From the NCBI GenBank assembly GCA_012295275.1, contig CM022669.1, positions 3,658,001 to 3,722,000 on the forward strand: a DNA stretch of 64,000 nucleotides, written 5' to 3'. Of the stretch, positions 54,656 to 64,000 are shown piece by piece (position 1 is the first letter of the stretch; every line of letters begins with the position of its first letter). Source of the DNA: Chrysomallon squamiferum (Eukaryota; Animalia; Mollusca). The notes beneath the pieces are model-generated. The model was not told the origin of the DNA, searched no databases, and saw only the letters and a list, made by a program, of their open reading frames with translations. The translations under genes and the position numbers were made by a program.

Positions 54656-56482
54656 TACTGCCACTATTACTACTACCACCACCACAATTACTAACACCAT
54701 TATTATAACTACTATTACCTTTACTATTACTACTACTACAGCTACTAATATCATTATTTTTATTATCATTACCAGTATCAGTATTATTACTGTTAAAGTC
54801 ACTATGATTGGTATTTGTTTCAATTTACAAAATTAATAATAATGTAATAATACAACACACAAGCTATGAATTAACATATAAACATAATTTAAAAGTAGAA
54901 AAAAGAAAAGTACATTGATGACGAGCAAGCTCAAAATTATAAAGTTTAATATTATCAATCCTAAACATATGTCCAATAAAATAATAATAATAATGAAGAA
55001 TCATTACCTGCAGTGCAGAAACCAATAAGTCTATGCTGTTGGGTGTTTTAAGAAACAAATCTCGATGCATTTTATCTAAAAATAAATTAAAATTTAAAAG
55101 AAATAAAATGACCATTTCGAATATTTCGAGTATTTCAGTATAGTTAAAAATATTTTTATCATTATTTGTTTTTAATTAATATTTTCTTTTTGTTTTTGTT
55201 TTTTTATTATATGTAACAAAGAAATAAACTGTAACTTGTTTAACAGAAACAGACACCAAAAATGTGAAGATCACTCTTCATAAAGTTAGACAACTCTGCT
55301 AGTATTTAGACAATACAATGGAGAATAATTCTAAAGAATTAAAAAACCAAAAGTCCAAAGTCTAAATTATAATTTATGTATCACTCTTTATTTGTATTAT
55401 TTATATTCATATAATCTAAACCAGGCTTTTTAGGGTGGCTTATTTTATATCATATATTATACTTTATAATTAGCATAGTATAATTTCATAAATAAAAAAA
55501 TAATTACTTGGAAATATATAATATGCATGCATGTACCACAAAATGCACATCTTTCAAAGATATTTAATAATAAAAAATAACCAAAAAAACCACAAACATA
55601 TCAAAATAATGTTATATATATAACTGTATTCAACTTCAACAGATTTTCATAAATCAGTACTTACTTACCCATAATTATACATACATATTTTATTTGACAA
55701 AATATAAATTTACCCTGAGAGGTTATGATCTGGTTAAGTTTGGATGTAATGTATCTTATTTGGTGTAAATCTTCGGTGTTCTGTTTCTTATTAGATTTGG
55801 TTCCTATTTTTTCCAACAGTTGCAACAGATTGGAAACACGAATTCTAAAAAATAAATAATGAGTACTGAAAAATAACTAACACAAACTCACACACACACA
55901 CGCACGCACGCACACATATACACACATGCACACACACACATTTTATATAACGAACCTGCCTTGTGACATATCAGACACTGTATCAGTTATTGTTAATTAT
56001 TTCCTGTTCTAGCGTAAGTGTACAGCTGGTTTAACAAAGACAACAACGTATGCTTTTGAGTCTTTTAGAAGCTTTATTTTAAAGACAACAGCTTTTGTTG
56101 GTGCTTATCCACAGATAACATCAGTACATGAGGCTTGAGTGAACAGAGGCATTGTCATATCATACATGTCACTTCTAGTGTTTCATAACTAAAGTAACTA
56201 AGACAAGGCATGTATTAACCTGCCTATAAAGGATTCCTTGTTGTTAATTAACAGAAGTAGTCGACAAAGTTCAGTGGGTTAAGTATTTCTTTGAAAGATC
56301 CTTAACCACAGACATGCGTCTGATATTATATAACTAAACAAAATGTTGAATTTGTTGTTAATTAAAATATTTATTTCATTTCATCCTTATTCTTAACAAT
56401 TAACTTTAATTAATGTTATTTCAAAAATTTAAACATACCCTAAAGATTTGTCCGATCCCTTGGATTCTTCTACACCTGACAT
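35120..56482 (-). CDS. AGTPBP1: Cytosolic carboxypeptidase 1 (CCP1/Nna1, M14D tubulin deglutamylase), 24 coding exons, ~1265 aa
   Basis: Exons in transcript order: 56482-56439, 55844-55714, 55075-55008, 54522-54456, 53656-53510, 53147-53016, 52078-51947, 49894-49748, 49400-49164, 48767-48658, 48227-48120, 47772-47033, 46776-46630, 45727-45646, 44388-44232, 43769-43537, 42974-42821, 42172-42101, 41704-41596, 41170-41041, 40391-40254, 38270-38063, 37248-37097, 35303-35120. All GT-AG and phase-consistent except exon 22. Motifs FECGNL, QWFYF, YPYSY, RVHPGE (Zn HxxE), [23 protein letters not shown]. The N-terminal armadillo-like region is typical of CCP1/CCP4. Confidence 0.93.
35425..35910. repeat. 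~58/116-bp tandem repeat interrupted by the foldback element
   Basis: CAGTGTGTTTAAAACAAACTACTGC...TTTATGACAAAAACAAG. Confidence 0.8.
35673..35875. mobile_element. MITE-like foldback element (~203 bp) with ~65-bp imperfect TIRs
   Basis: TGGGTTGAGGAATAAGTCATTGCAGTTAAATT...AATTTAACTGCAATGATTTATTCCTCAACCCA; interrupts a tandem-repeat unit; no clear TSD. Confidence 0.75.
37097..37248 (-). CDS. AGTPBP1: CCP1 exon 23
   Basis: gtag|[23 protein letters not shown]...|gtaagt. Confidence 0.88.
37570..38042. repeat. CA-rich compound minisatellite
   Basis: ACACAGAGGCACAACCAAACACACAC, about 14 variable copies; source of the spurious Cys/Val ORFs. Confidence 0.9.
38063..38270 (-). CDS. AGTPBP1: CCP1 exon 22 (catalytic Glu; disrupted as assembled)
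   Basis: TLPRIL...[22 protein letters not shown], then scrambled insert with TGA at 38099-38097, then DQGKYK. Confidence 0.85.
38272..38560. repeat. ~91-bp tandem repeat (3-4 copies) abutting the CCP1 exon 22 acceptor
   Basis: ACAGAATCAGTCAAC...TACACTGAAAGTTTGAGAAAGTCTTTT...TTCAGAATTTGGTAAA. Confidence 0.8.
40254..40391 (-). CDS. AGTPBP1: CCP1 exon 21 (third Zn ligand)
   Basis: [19 protein letters not shown]. Confidence 0.95.
40440..40598. mobile_element. Tc1/mariner-pogo-type MITE (~159 bp) in CCP1 intron 20
   Basis: TA|CAGTCAAACCT...AGGTTTGACTG|TA: terminal inverted repeats with TA target-site duplication. Confidence 0.85.
41041..41170 (-). CDS. AGTPBP1: CCP1 exon 20
   Basis: [14 protein letters not shown]...[11 protein letters not shown]. 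Confidence 0.95.
41596..41704 (-). CDS. AGTPBP1: CCP1 exon 19
   Basis: GTIDFL...[17 protein letters not shown]. Confidence 0.95.
42101..42172 (-). CDS. AGTPBP1: CCP1 exon 18 (Zn-binding HPGE)
   Basis: [22 protein letters not shown]. Confidence 0.95.
42480..42832. repeat. ~112-bp tandem repeat (about 3 copies) spanning the CCP1 exon 17 donor
   Basis: AAGGTAACTTACGGAACTCTTC / AAGGAAATTTACAGAACTCTTC / AAGGTAACTAACAGAATTCTTC. Confidence 0.8.
42821..42974 (-). CDS. AGTPBP1: CCP1 exon 17
   Basis: VHLQMWD...[19 protein letters not shown]. Confidence 0.93.
43537..43769 (-). CDS. AGTPBP1: CCP1 exon 16
   Basis: GMKPLVYSV...[17 protein letters not shown]. Confidence 0.95.
44232..44388 (-). CDS. AGTPBP1: CCP1 exon 15
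   Basis: [30 protein letters not shown]...[11 protein letters not shown]. Confidence 0.95.
45646..45727 (-). CDS. AGTPBP1: CCP1 exon 14
   Basis: [17 protein letters not shown]. Confidence 0.93.
46630..46776 (-). CDS. AGTPBP1: CCP1 exon 13
   Basis: [25 protein letters not shown]. Confidence 0.92.
46820..46890. mobile_element. Probable truncated end of a related MITE
   Basis: TA|CAGTCAAACATGCTTATAA resembles the left end at 40440; no right TIR found. Confidence 0.4.
47033..47772 (-). CDS. AGTPBP1: CCP1 exon 12 (long low-complexity linker)
   Basis: Within ORF 47029-47787; ends FEKLAYPDL...KFGVQR. Confidence 0.9.
48120..48227 (-). CDS. AGTPBP1: CCP1 exon 11
   Basis: [36 protein letters not shown]|gttagt. 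Confidence 0.85.
48658..48767 (-). CDS. AGTPBP1: CCP1 exon 10 (acidic region; TAGCAG tandem acceptor)
   Basis: [35 protein letters not shown]. Confidence 0.85.
49164..49400 (-). CDS. AGTPBP1: CCP1 exon 9
   Basis: [19 protein letters not shown]...[13 protein letters not shown]. Confidence 0.9.
49748..49894 (-). CDS. AGTPBP1: CCP1 exon 8
   Basis: [40 protein letters not shown]. Confidence 0.9.
49885..51525. repeat. Minisatellite, 75-102-bp units, ~17 copies, containing the CCP1 exon 8 acceptor
   Basis: Repeating TTACTCTCTGAAACACAACATATCCTTCATTTAAAACAGTCCC...CAGTACTGTACAGTAACTCCACACTTTC. Confidence 0.95.
51947..52078 (-). CDS. AGTPBP1: CCP1 exon 7
   Basis: SVNASYLGK...[14 protein letters not shown]. 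Confidence 0.9.
53016..53147 (-). CDS. AGTPBP1: CCP1 exon 6
   Basis: [22 protein letters not shown]...LYTNN. Confidence 0.9.
53340..53535. repeat. ~48-bp tandem repeat (4 copies) spanning the CCP1 exon 5 donor
   Basis: TTTTAATTAATTTTACCTTTATGACCTATACTGCTAAG and degenerate copies. Confidence 0.8.
53510..53656 (-). CDS. AGTPBP1: CCP1 exon 5
   Basis: [21 protein letters not shown]...[11 protein letters not shown]. Confidence 0.88.
54456..54522 (-). CDS. AGTPBP1: CCP1 exon 4
   Basis: [22 protein letters not shown]|gtaagt. Confidence 0.85.
55008..55075 (-). CDS. AGTPBP1: CCP1 exon 3
   Basis: [23 protein letters not shown]|gtaatg. Confidence 0.85.
55714..55844 (-). CDS. AGTPBP1: CCP1 exon 2
   Basis: [13 protein letters not shown]...IRYITSKL, resembles the vertebrate CCP1 N-terminus. 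Confidence 0.85.
56439..56482 (-). CDS. AGTPBP1: CCP1 coding exon 1
   Basis: [15 protein letters not shown]|gtatgt; acceptor at 56520-56521 implies an upstream UTR exon. Confidence 0.7.
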
Positions 56483-56956
56483 TTTGCATCACCTTAGAGA
56501 CACCTATCCTGCATTTTATCTGAAAGTAAACATTTTCTTGTAACAATTAAACTTGTTAACAAAATGATGTAGAAAAGCATCAAGAAAAAAAAAAAAATAA
56601 TCACATATCTTTGTTTTAAATATTAGCTCTAAAAAGTAATATAAAAATAAACATATTTTCATATATTGTAAGTACAGGTGGATGATACATTTCTGAAAAG
56701 TGAGAGAAATTCACAATGAAGATGAAATATTATTTAAAAAGAAATAAGTAAGTAAAAAGAAATTAATCAGCTGAAATCAGGATTGTATCACTTCTACCAT
56801 ACACTTTCAATAGATATTAACAATAAATTTTAAATCATGATCAAAAAATTTAAATAGCTTCAGTATATGCAACCAAATGTAATATTATGAAAAGTATGCT
56901 CAAAGAAAACATACAAATATATATTTGACATTTATCTGCATAATGTATCTGTATGT

Positions 56957-56995
<39 letters not shown>

Positions 56996-58889
56996 GTGTG
57001 TGTGTGTGTGTGTGTGAGTGTGATGTTATTTATGTGTGTTTGTATTTGTATGCATGTATCTTTGTGTGAATGCATGAGGGAGAACACAAAATCTGCAATA
57101 TATTTTTAATAATCTTTTGTCATGAGTTGTATATTTTGTATATTTGATCATTGTCTCTCCTGTTTCCTTCATGTTAAGTTATAAAAGGTATCATCAAAGC
57201 AAAACATTTATCAGATTCTAAAAAGTTAGTGTTTACACTGCAAATGTTTTATAAATCAGTAATAGTTTTTGATATATAAACACCTGAAAACACATTTATT
57301 TAAAAGTTCTAGTATTAAAATTAAAACAGCCGGTTTTATAAAAGTGCACATAAAAATTATGTATATATTCTGACAATGATCTATTTATTGCCACTAAAAC
57401 TTTATCCTCATCTCAGTGTATGTAATGTTCCAATTCATATTGGAAAATCTGATAAAAGATAATAAGACACTGTATGTTTGACAGCATATTCAGAGTTCAA
57501 TTAAAAAGTTCAAACAAAGCTAAAAAATAAATCACACTGAAATGTTTCCATTGAAATGATTACTGTCAACTGAATAAACAAATGCTAACATAAAGAGCTA
57601 TTGCTATAAAATAAAATATTTTGTGTTAAGCATATAAAGCAACAGTCTTATAATTATTTAGAAAATGTAAATAATAATTTTATATGTAATTACATTTCAT
57701 AATGGATTAGTACTTTTGATCAAATCCTGATGTCTGTCAGACAGGATATATAAGAACTCCACGAAAAAATCAAATATATAAATAAAATAGGTTAATAAAA
57801 ATATGAAGAACACAGTTACTGTTTTGATCTTTTAGATCAAAGTCAAAGATAACATACTAAATTATGCAAATAATGTAAAATCGTAAAACCAGTCAATCTT
57901 TCTTTATAAAGTATAAATTAGTTTAGTACAGATCTACATATAACTTTAATGTCGTATTAATAACGTGACATTAATATCAACTCTATAATAAAACTTAATC
58001 TTTACCAAAATTGTTTTTCTACGTCACGTTTCACAATCGTGTAAGACTGACAGTGACAGTCAATAAATGAATAATTATCTTTCACGCCATCACAATTTAT
58101 TTACAAACATCAGCAGAAACGAAAACACCATTGATATATGGTATTAGTCTGTTGTTTGCGTTTAGATCATCTGTATCCCTGTTATCCATACACTAGAATG
58201 CGAACTGTGACGTTAATCTTCAATAATTAACAAAAGTTTGTTTCTAAGATTCGAACTTGTCAATAACAACTAATCACAAAACACTAGGTGGCGAATCTAA
58301 AATTTTAGAGTTATTTCCCTTGCCGTTCGTCATATAACTGACAGATAAGCAAAAAATGTCATATTTACCCTGCAATCAAGTAACTGAACTCTTTAAAATA
58401 AAAAATAAATAAATAAAGTCAACACCCATCTGCATATTATTTTATACGTATCAGAAATAATTAACTGGAAGAAAAAGGAATAATAATAAAAACCCGATAA
58501 CCAACAAAAATCAGATATTGGCTGCCGGATTACCTTCATTTTACTGGTGCATTTATTTGATCTTTATGTGTTCGAGAAATTGTATTAATTTTCAAATTCA
58601 ATTTTAATTTTAATTAATTAATTAATTTATGTATTTATTTATTATCTTTATTTTGCCTAATTGTTTGCTTTTTAATTAATTATTTATTTATTTTACTTTC
58701 TTATTTGTTTATTTTTGCCTGCTTGTTTGCTGGTTTTTCTATTTAGTCTGTCTTCTCCCCCCTTTTTCAGTATATAACCGTATGAAATAAATTAAATACG
58801 TACTAAACTTAATATGTATTGTAATTACATATATAAAGATATGACAGAGAACTAGAGAGACAGAGACAGTGTCATGTGACAAAAATAAT

Positions 58890-58922
<33 letters not shown>

Positions 58923-59674
58923 TAAATAAATAAATAAATAAATAAATAAAAAAAATTCCACTCCATTTCAAGCATAAAAAAATATGCAAGCAATAATTTA
59001 TATACTGAATAAACTTTACATTTTACCATCAAATGTGGCGTGCCAAGACTGAACGTATCCAAAACTGAAGTATGCAGCAAGGATGAAAACACATCGTACA
59101 TTTACAGATACAGCTGTTTTCTTTTTTGGTGGGTATAATTAAAGTCGTTAATTTTAATTACTGTATGTCATTTACAATGATGGTCTTTCTGTCCTCAGAT
59201 AGTTCACTTTTTTTTAAATTATTGTTCTTGTTGTTTTGTTTTTGTTTTCGTTTTTTATTTGTTTGTTTTTTTTGTTGGGGAGGGTCTTGTATTACTTTTA
59301 GTATTAATATTAGTTTTATGTTCTTTTTCTTGTTTCCGCACATTTCATTTGGTATTAGTGAACAATATTTATTTTAATAATTCATTGAAAAATAATAACG
59401 ATAACAATAAAATTCAAGCAACTTTGGCTCATCTCAAAACACTTTTTTAAAGTTTTAACCAAGATTTTTAAACTTCTGCTGCTTATTAATCGATTGACGT
59501 TCCTATTTTGAGTAAGTACTTTATGAAATCAAGTAAAATAAAGACGAGGCAATATTAATTTTGTTTGGTAGCCTGTAAGATGAACTTTGCTTAGCAAAAT
59601 GGTTTTATTCTTTATATTTAATATTTTTTTCGTCTCTCGTTCTTTCTATAAAGTTCTTCATTCTTTCACAAATG

Positions 59675-59747
<73 letters not shown>

Positions 59748-60274
59748 ATTTTCACTAAATGCTTGCATTAAACTATTAAAATACCTTTTTCAGTTTACAG
59801 TATTATTGTCACTGACCACATTAAACTGAAAACATTTTCGTCAAATAATAACTTATATCTGTACCTTGTTCTCCAACCTTATTAGAATTATGCGAACAAA
59901 AATTTCACAACAACAAAAAGTTGACTAACAGCAACGCACTAGTTTTGGTTTTCATTGTTGTTTCATTAAATATTAATAACATGAAAATGTAAATCATACT
60001 TTAGACTAAGAATACAAATAGCTGAGTTAAAATAACCTCAGTTTATGCAGAAAGTGTTTTATGAATATGATAAGCAGCTGGAAATAGATATGATAAATCG
60101 ATTATACGAACTGTATATATTTACATTCCTTAGCACCTGTTTTTGACAAAAACATGTTTTGTAAAATGAAGTGTTTACCTTTATAAACAAGGTAATATCA
60201 TACGTGAATAAAAAAAAAATAAAAATAAATAGATCTGTGTAAGCAGTTATTTATGTATATTATCATTGTTATTG

Positions 60275-60306
<32 letters not shown>

Positions 60307-60576
60307 GGTGGTGGTGGTGGTGGTCTTGTTTTTATTGTTGCTGTTGTTGTTATTATTATTATTTCTCCTTGAAGGAAAGAAAATAAATAAGCAATACGAA
60401 ATACTTATATCTGTTCAAATCCAGTGATATATGCTTCTACAGATATTAGAATATAAATTATATTTAATTATTTTGCTTGTTGTCAGAATAAAATTAGTGT
60501 TGTGGGGATGGTGTAGTTTTGTCAACTCGATGACAATAACTGTAATGATGGTGTTGTAGCCGTCATATAATAGTAA

Positions 60577-60626
<50 letters not shown>

Positions 60627-60810
60627 GTATATAACATATATATATATATATACACATCTCTGTATCTCAATAGGTATTGGTCTGAATTTTCTATCTATCT
60701 GTGTATATATTTATCTATCCATCCATAGAAGATAAGCAAATTAATAACAAAACAAAAAATTACACTGTTAGAATTAATTATTTCTTTCAAAGATTTTACA
60801 TCATTGTCTG

Positions 60811-62127
60811 TTACACTTCGGCAGATGCTGCGAAAGTTTTGTCTCTTACATTTCTTATACTGTCAAACAGTTTAATTTGTTCTGTTGCTAAAGTTCGGAT
60901 TCCTGACAAGTCTAAGAGGTCGTCTGGAACTCGTAAATATCTGCACTTGTTCATATCTGTCCACAAATTCAACAGTCTTTTTCTGTATTCTTCTTCCGGT
61001 AGGTATGTAGGTTTCTGGTCGAAATCCACGCGAAGTCGTCTGCTATTGAGTCTGTCGTTTGGTGACGGTAAAACAACATTCTCCGACCCGTCCGTCTGTC
61101 TGGGTTTTTGTTTAAGGAATATATTGTTTGGTAACAACTTCGAACGAGATTCGCTCAAGTAACTGTCAACTCTTTTCAGAAACTCCTTCTTACGGAATTC
61201 CAATTCGGCTGCTTTTGTTAACTCGTCTTCTAAAAGTTCTTGTCGTCTTTCTTCGTACAAATCGTCACCAAGGTTACTGTCTATCGATTCATCAGAAATA
61301 TACATTTTCAGTTCTCTCTGCGGTCTGAACGAGTCGGAAATTATTTTCGCAGCGTCTTTTTCCGCCGACGAATGTGACGAAAATGGAGAGTGTGAATGCT
61401 GAGCAACATGGACATTGTCAGAAGTAGCTGGTCGTAACACGACAGGTTTGGTGCACTCGGAGTCTGGCGTGTACGTGTACTGACGTCCGGTGTTACACAA
61501 TCTGATATGATTGTCATAAACACCTTTGCGTGGTTTGATAGACAGATCTGTGCTGGCCTGCACGCGATCATATTCGCTGGTTAAACCAGAGCTACGTTTT
61601 GATAAACCTTGTATGGAATCACTGATGTTAGATGGTTCCCGTCCCTCTAGTCTGAATTTCGTAGACGATTCCGAGAAGAAATTAGCCATAGAATTACTTC
61701 TCTTAGTATAGTTTGCAACTGGGGTTGATGTTAAAGGATATGATTGTCTGACTGAGCGTGAATTGTCTACCCTTTCTAACTCTTGAGCAGATGGAAAGCA
61801 TTTAAGTCGTTTTGTTGCAGCAGCAATTTTTAAAGTATTGTTCAAGTTTAGCGAACTGCTGTTGGACTTCAGTTTACCATCGTTCTCCAGTTTTCTCAGT
61901 CTTTGGATCTCCTCTGCTGTTAAATAAGACTTTATTCTTGTGACCTTGTCTTTCAGTCTTTTGTGGTTGACTCTGATGACTCGGCGATCCAAGTCGAGCA
62001 GTTTCAGCTGGTAGCAGTACTCTAGGTGTAACGTCTTCATTGCTCTTTCCAAGCAGCGTTGTTCTTTCTGGTTGAACGTCACCGCTGCCATTTCTCTGTC
62101 ACGTCCCGGTCGAGTGCTTACACTCAT
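60811..62127 (-). CDS. Uncharacterized 438-aa protein: N-terminal coiled coil, Ser-rich middle, C-terminal W..MNKCRYLR motif; single coding exon
   Basis: 1317-nt ORF with no repeats and higher GC than the flanks; acceptor-like tactgcag| about 19 nt upstream of the ATG (62147-62148). Confidence 0.85.
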   Translation of the reverse strand: MSVSTRPGRDREMAAVTFNQKEQRCLERAMKTLHLEYCYQLKLLDLDRRVIRVNHKRLKDKVTRIKSYLTAEEIQRLRKLENDGKLKSNSSSLNLNNTLKIAAATKRLKCFPSAQELERVDNSRSVRQSYPLTSTPVANYTKRSNSMANFFSESSTKFRLEGREPSNISDSIQGLSKRSSGLTSEYDRVQASTDLSIKPRKGVYDNHIRLCNTGRQYTYTPDSECTKPVVLRPATSDNVHVAQHSHSPFSSHSSAEKDAAKIISDSFRPQRELKMYISDESIDSNLGDDLYEERRQELLEDELTKAAELEFRKKEFLKRVDSYLSESRSKLLPNNIFLKQKPRQTDGSENVVLPSPNDRLNSRRLRVDFDQKPTYLPEEEYRKRLLNLWTDMNKCRYLRVPDDLLDLSGIRTLATEQIKLFDSIRNVRDKTFAASAEV

Positions 62128-62151
62128 GATAATATCAGCGTAGTGGCTGCA

Positions 62152-62185
<34 letters not shown>

Positions 62186-62965
62186 GGACAATAACAACAA
62201 CGATGGCAACAGGAACAGAAGAACAGAACAATAATTTTATTTAATTAATAACCAAATGACGCCGATGTTGAATTTTTTTTTTTTTTTTTATTCGTGTTCA
62301 TGATTAATACTATTTATTTATTTATATATTTATTATTATTATCATTATTACTTCTTTTTTTTTTGTCGCAAATTTCGTTTGAAATAAAAGTTATTATTTT
62401 CATTCAGATTTGAATCTTCTATGTGACTAGTTTAGAGTAATAAATAAATAAATAAATTATAAATAAATAAATAAAATAAAAATTGTTAGGTAATTCTTAT
62501 GATCGCCAGAGGCATCGTCTTTCCTGTCACTACCTACTTGGACGTTGGGGAAGCGAATAATACGAGCACTATTCAGAATGGACAAAACACAAGATGTAGC
62601 AGCTCTTTGTAAATAACTGACAACTTTGTTACGAAGCATCATATAAGACACGCAATGTCTGAATTTTATATAAGGACATACTATCGATTTTCATTTAACC
62701 TTATTTCACTTAAGAGTATAGCTATGTTCTGAAACAGATTCAATTCATTACCATTTGATAAATAATAAATTTACCTTTCAAAGTTTTACTTACAGAGAGA
62801 GAAAAATAATCGGTGTTAATGGAGAAATCGGATTTTTTTTTTTCAGGTTTGAAAGTTAATTTATTATTTGACATTCTAGTGGCAGTTACATAATATATTT
62901 GTTTGTTTGTTTGTTTGTTTGTTTGTTGTTTAATTATTTATTTATTTATTTATTTATTTATACAT

Positions 62966-63012
<47 letters not shown>

Positions 63013-64000
63013 TACATTTATTTATTTATTTATTTATTTATTCTGTTATTAATATTATCATCAACACCATCATTATCATCATCATCATCATCATCATCAT
63101 TATTTTCTAATGTGTTTTATAGATCAATTTTACATAATTAACAAAATGTTACACATCTTGCTCAATACTTTCGTTTCAAATATTTATTCTCCCTCTGTCA
63201 ATCTTCGAGAAGAAAAACAACAAAAAGAAACAGAGAAACAAAAACGATCTAATCCGGCTAATTTCTCCGACAGACAAAATATTGGGCTTAACCTACATAG
63301 AGGCTTGGGTGTACTTAGTACTGTAGCTGTCGTTATTCGTTGACGTTCACCAACAATAAAATGGAGTTTCACGAATGCAGTGCACGTTATTATGTTGGCC
63401 TGATATTAATTTAAATGGAACACGAGAAAATCCTGTCGTTTAAGATATAGAAGTATTTACATCTAGTTTCTTCTCGGCAGTAATTTGATGATGTAAAGAT
63501 AAGAGACCCATGTAAATCAAAATATTTTTGTGTGAAACTGTAATTTGGTTTGATTCCATTTTCTTGGTAATTTATTTACTTTTAGAGAGGGAAAGAGAGA
63601 GAGAGAGGAAAGGAGAGAAAGGATTGTAAACAGAGAAGGGTGAATACGACAAAAAGGGAGAAACAGGTTGACATTAGATGGGACAGAGAGAAAGACAAAT
63701 AGAAAGATATATATATATATATACATATGTTTATGTAAATAAACAAACTATATGATATTGCACAAATGAATACCAACATATTTTGACTGGACAGTTCTAA
63801 GCACACCATACACTTGTTTTCTAGCTAGGACAGAGAAACGTTTCTTCTAGCTGTCGAATAGGTTACCCTGTTTTCTAATACGAAAAAAAAAAAAAATGAA
63901 AAACTTGGCGGAAATGTTTTTTTATTTTTTGTACTAGCTTTCTTTTTCAAGATCATTTTTTTTTTTTTTTTTTTGGTCCTAAAATAACACCGAAATAACA

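Noticed and set aside
60811-62127. Retrogene or transposon ORF
   Set aside because: No RT, transposase or gag motifs, no poly(A) or TSD, and a splice acceptor lies just upstream of the ATG.

Overview
AT-rich, microsatellite-dense eukaryotic genomic DNA, probably from an invertebrate and mollusc-like (inferred from gene families and repeat style). I reconstructed three protein-coding genes by hand. (1) A 6-coding-exon alpha-type nicotinic acetylcholine receptor subunit, alpha9/10-like, + strand 13424-26420, 517 aa. (2) A 24-coding-exon cytosolic carboxypeptidase 1 (AGTPBP1/CCP1/Nna1), - strand 56482-35120, about 1265 aa; exon 22 carries a scrambled ~31-nt insertion with an in-frame TGA just after the catalytic Glu. 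(3) A 438-aa single-coding-exon coiled-coil protein, - strand 62127-60811. Most other ORF-track entries are microsatellite artefacts or chance ORFs. The most unusual signal is that minisatellite arrays repeatedly sit exactly on exon-intron boundaries and multiply the splice site itself: about 25 extra donors in an nAChR intron and about 16 extra acceptors in a CCP1 intron, some forming AG-3nt-GT or AG-24nt-GT pseudo-microexons. Also seen: two MITEs, two near-perfect ~62-bp palindromes (one with twin CRE sites), a cluster of TGACGTCA motifs around the receptor gene, a telomere-like hexamer satellite, and an apparent CpG-depleted domain matching the CCP1 gene body. All coordinates and counts were made by eye. 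No prokaryote-type system (CRISPR, operon) is present.
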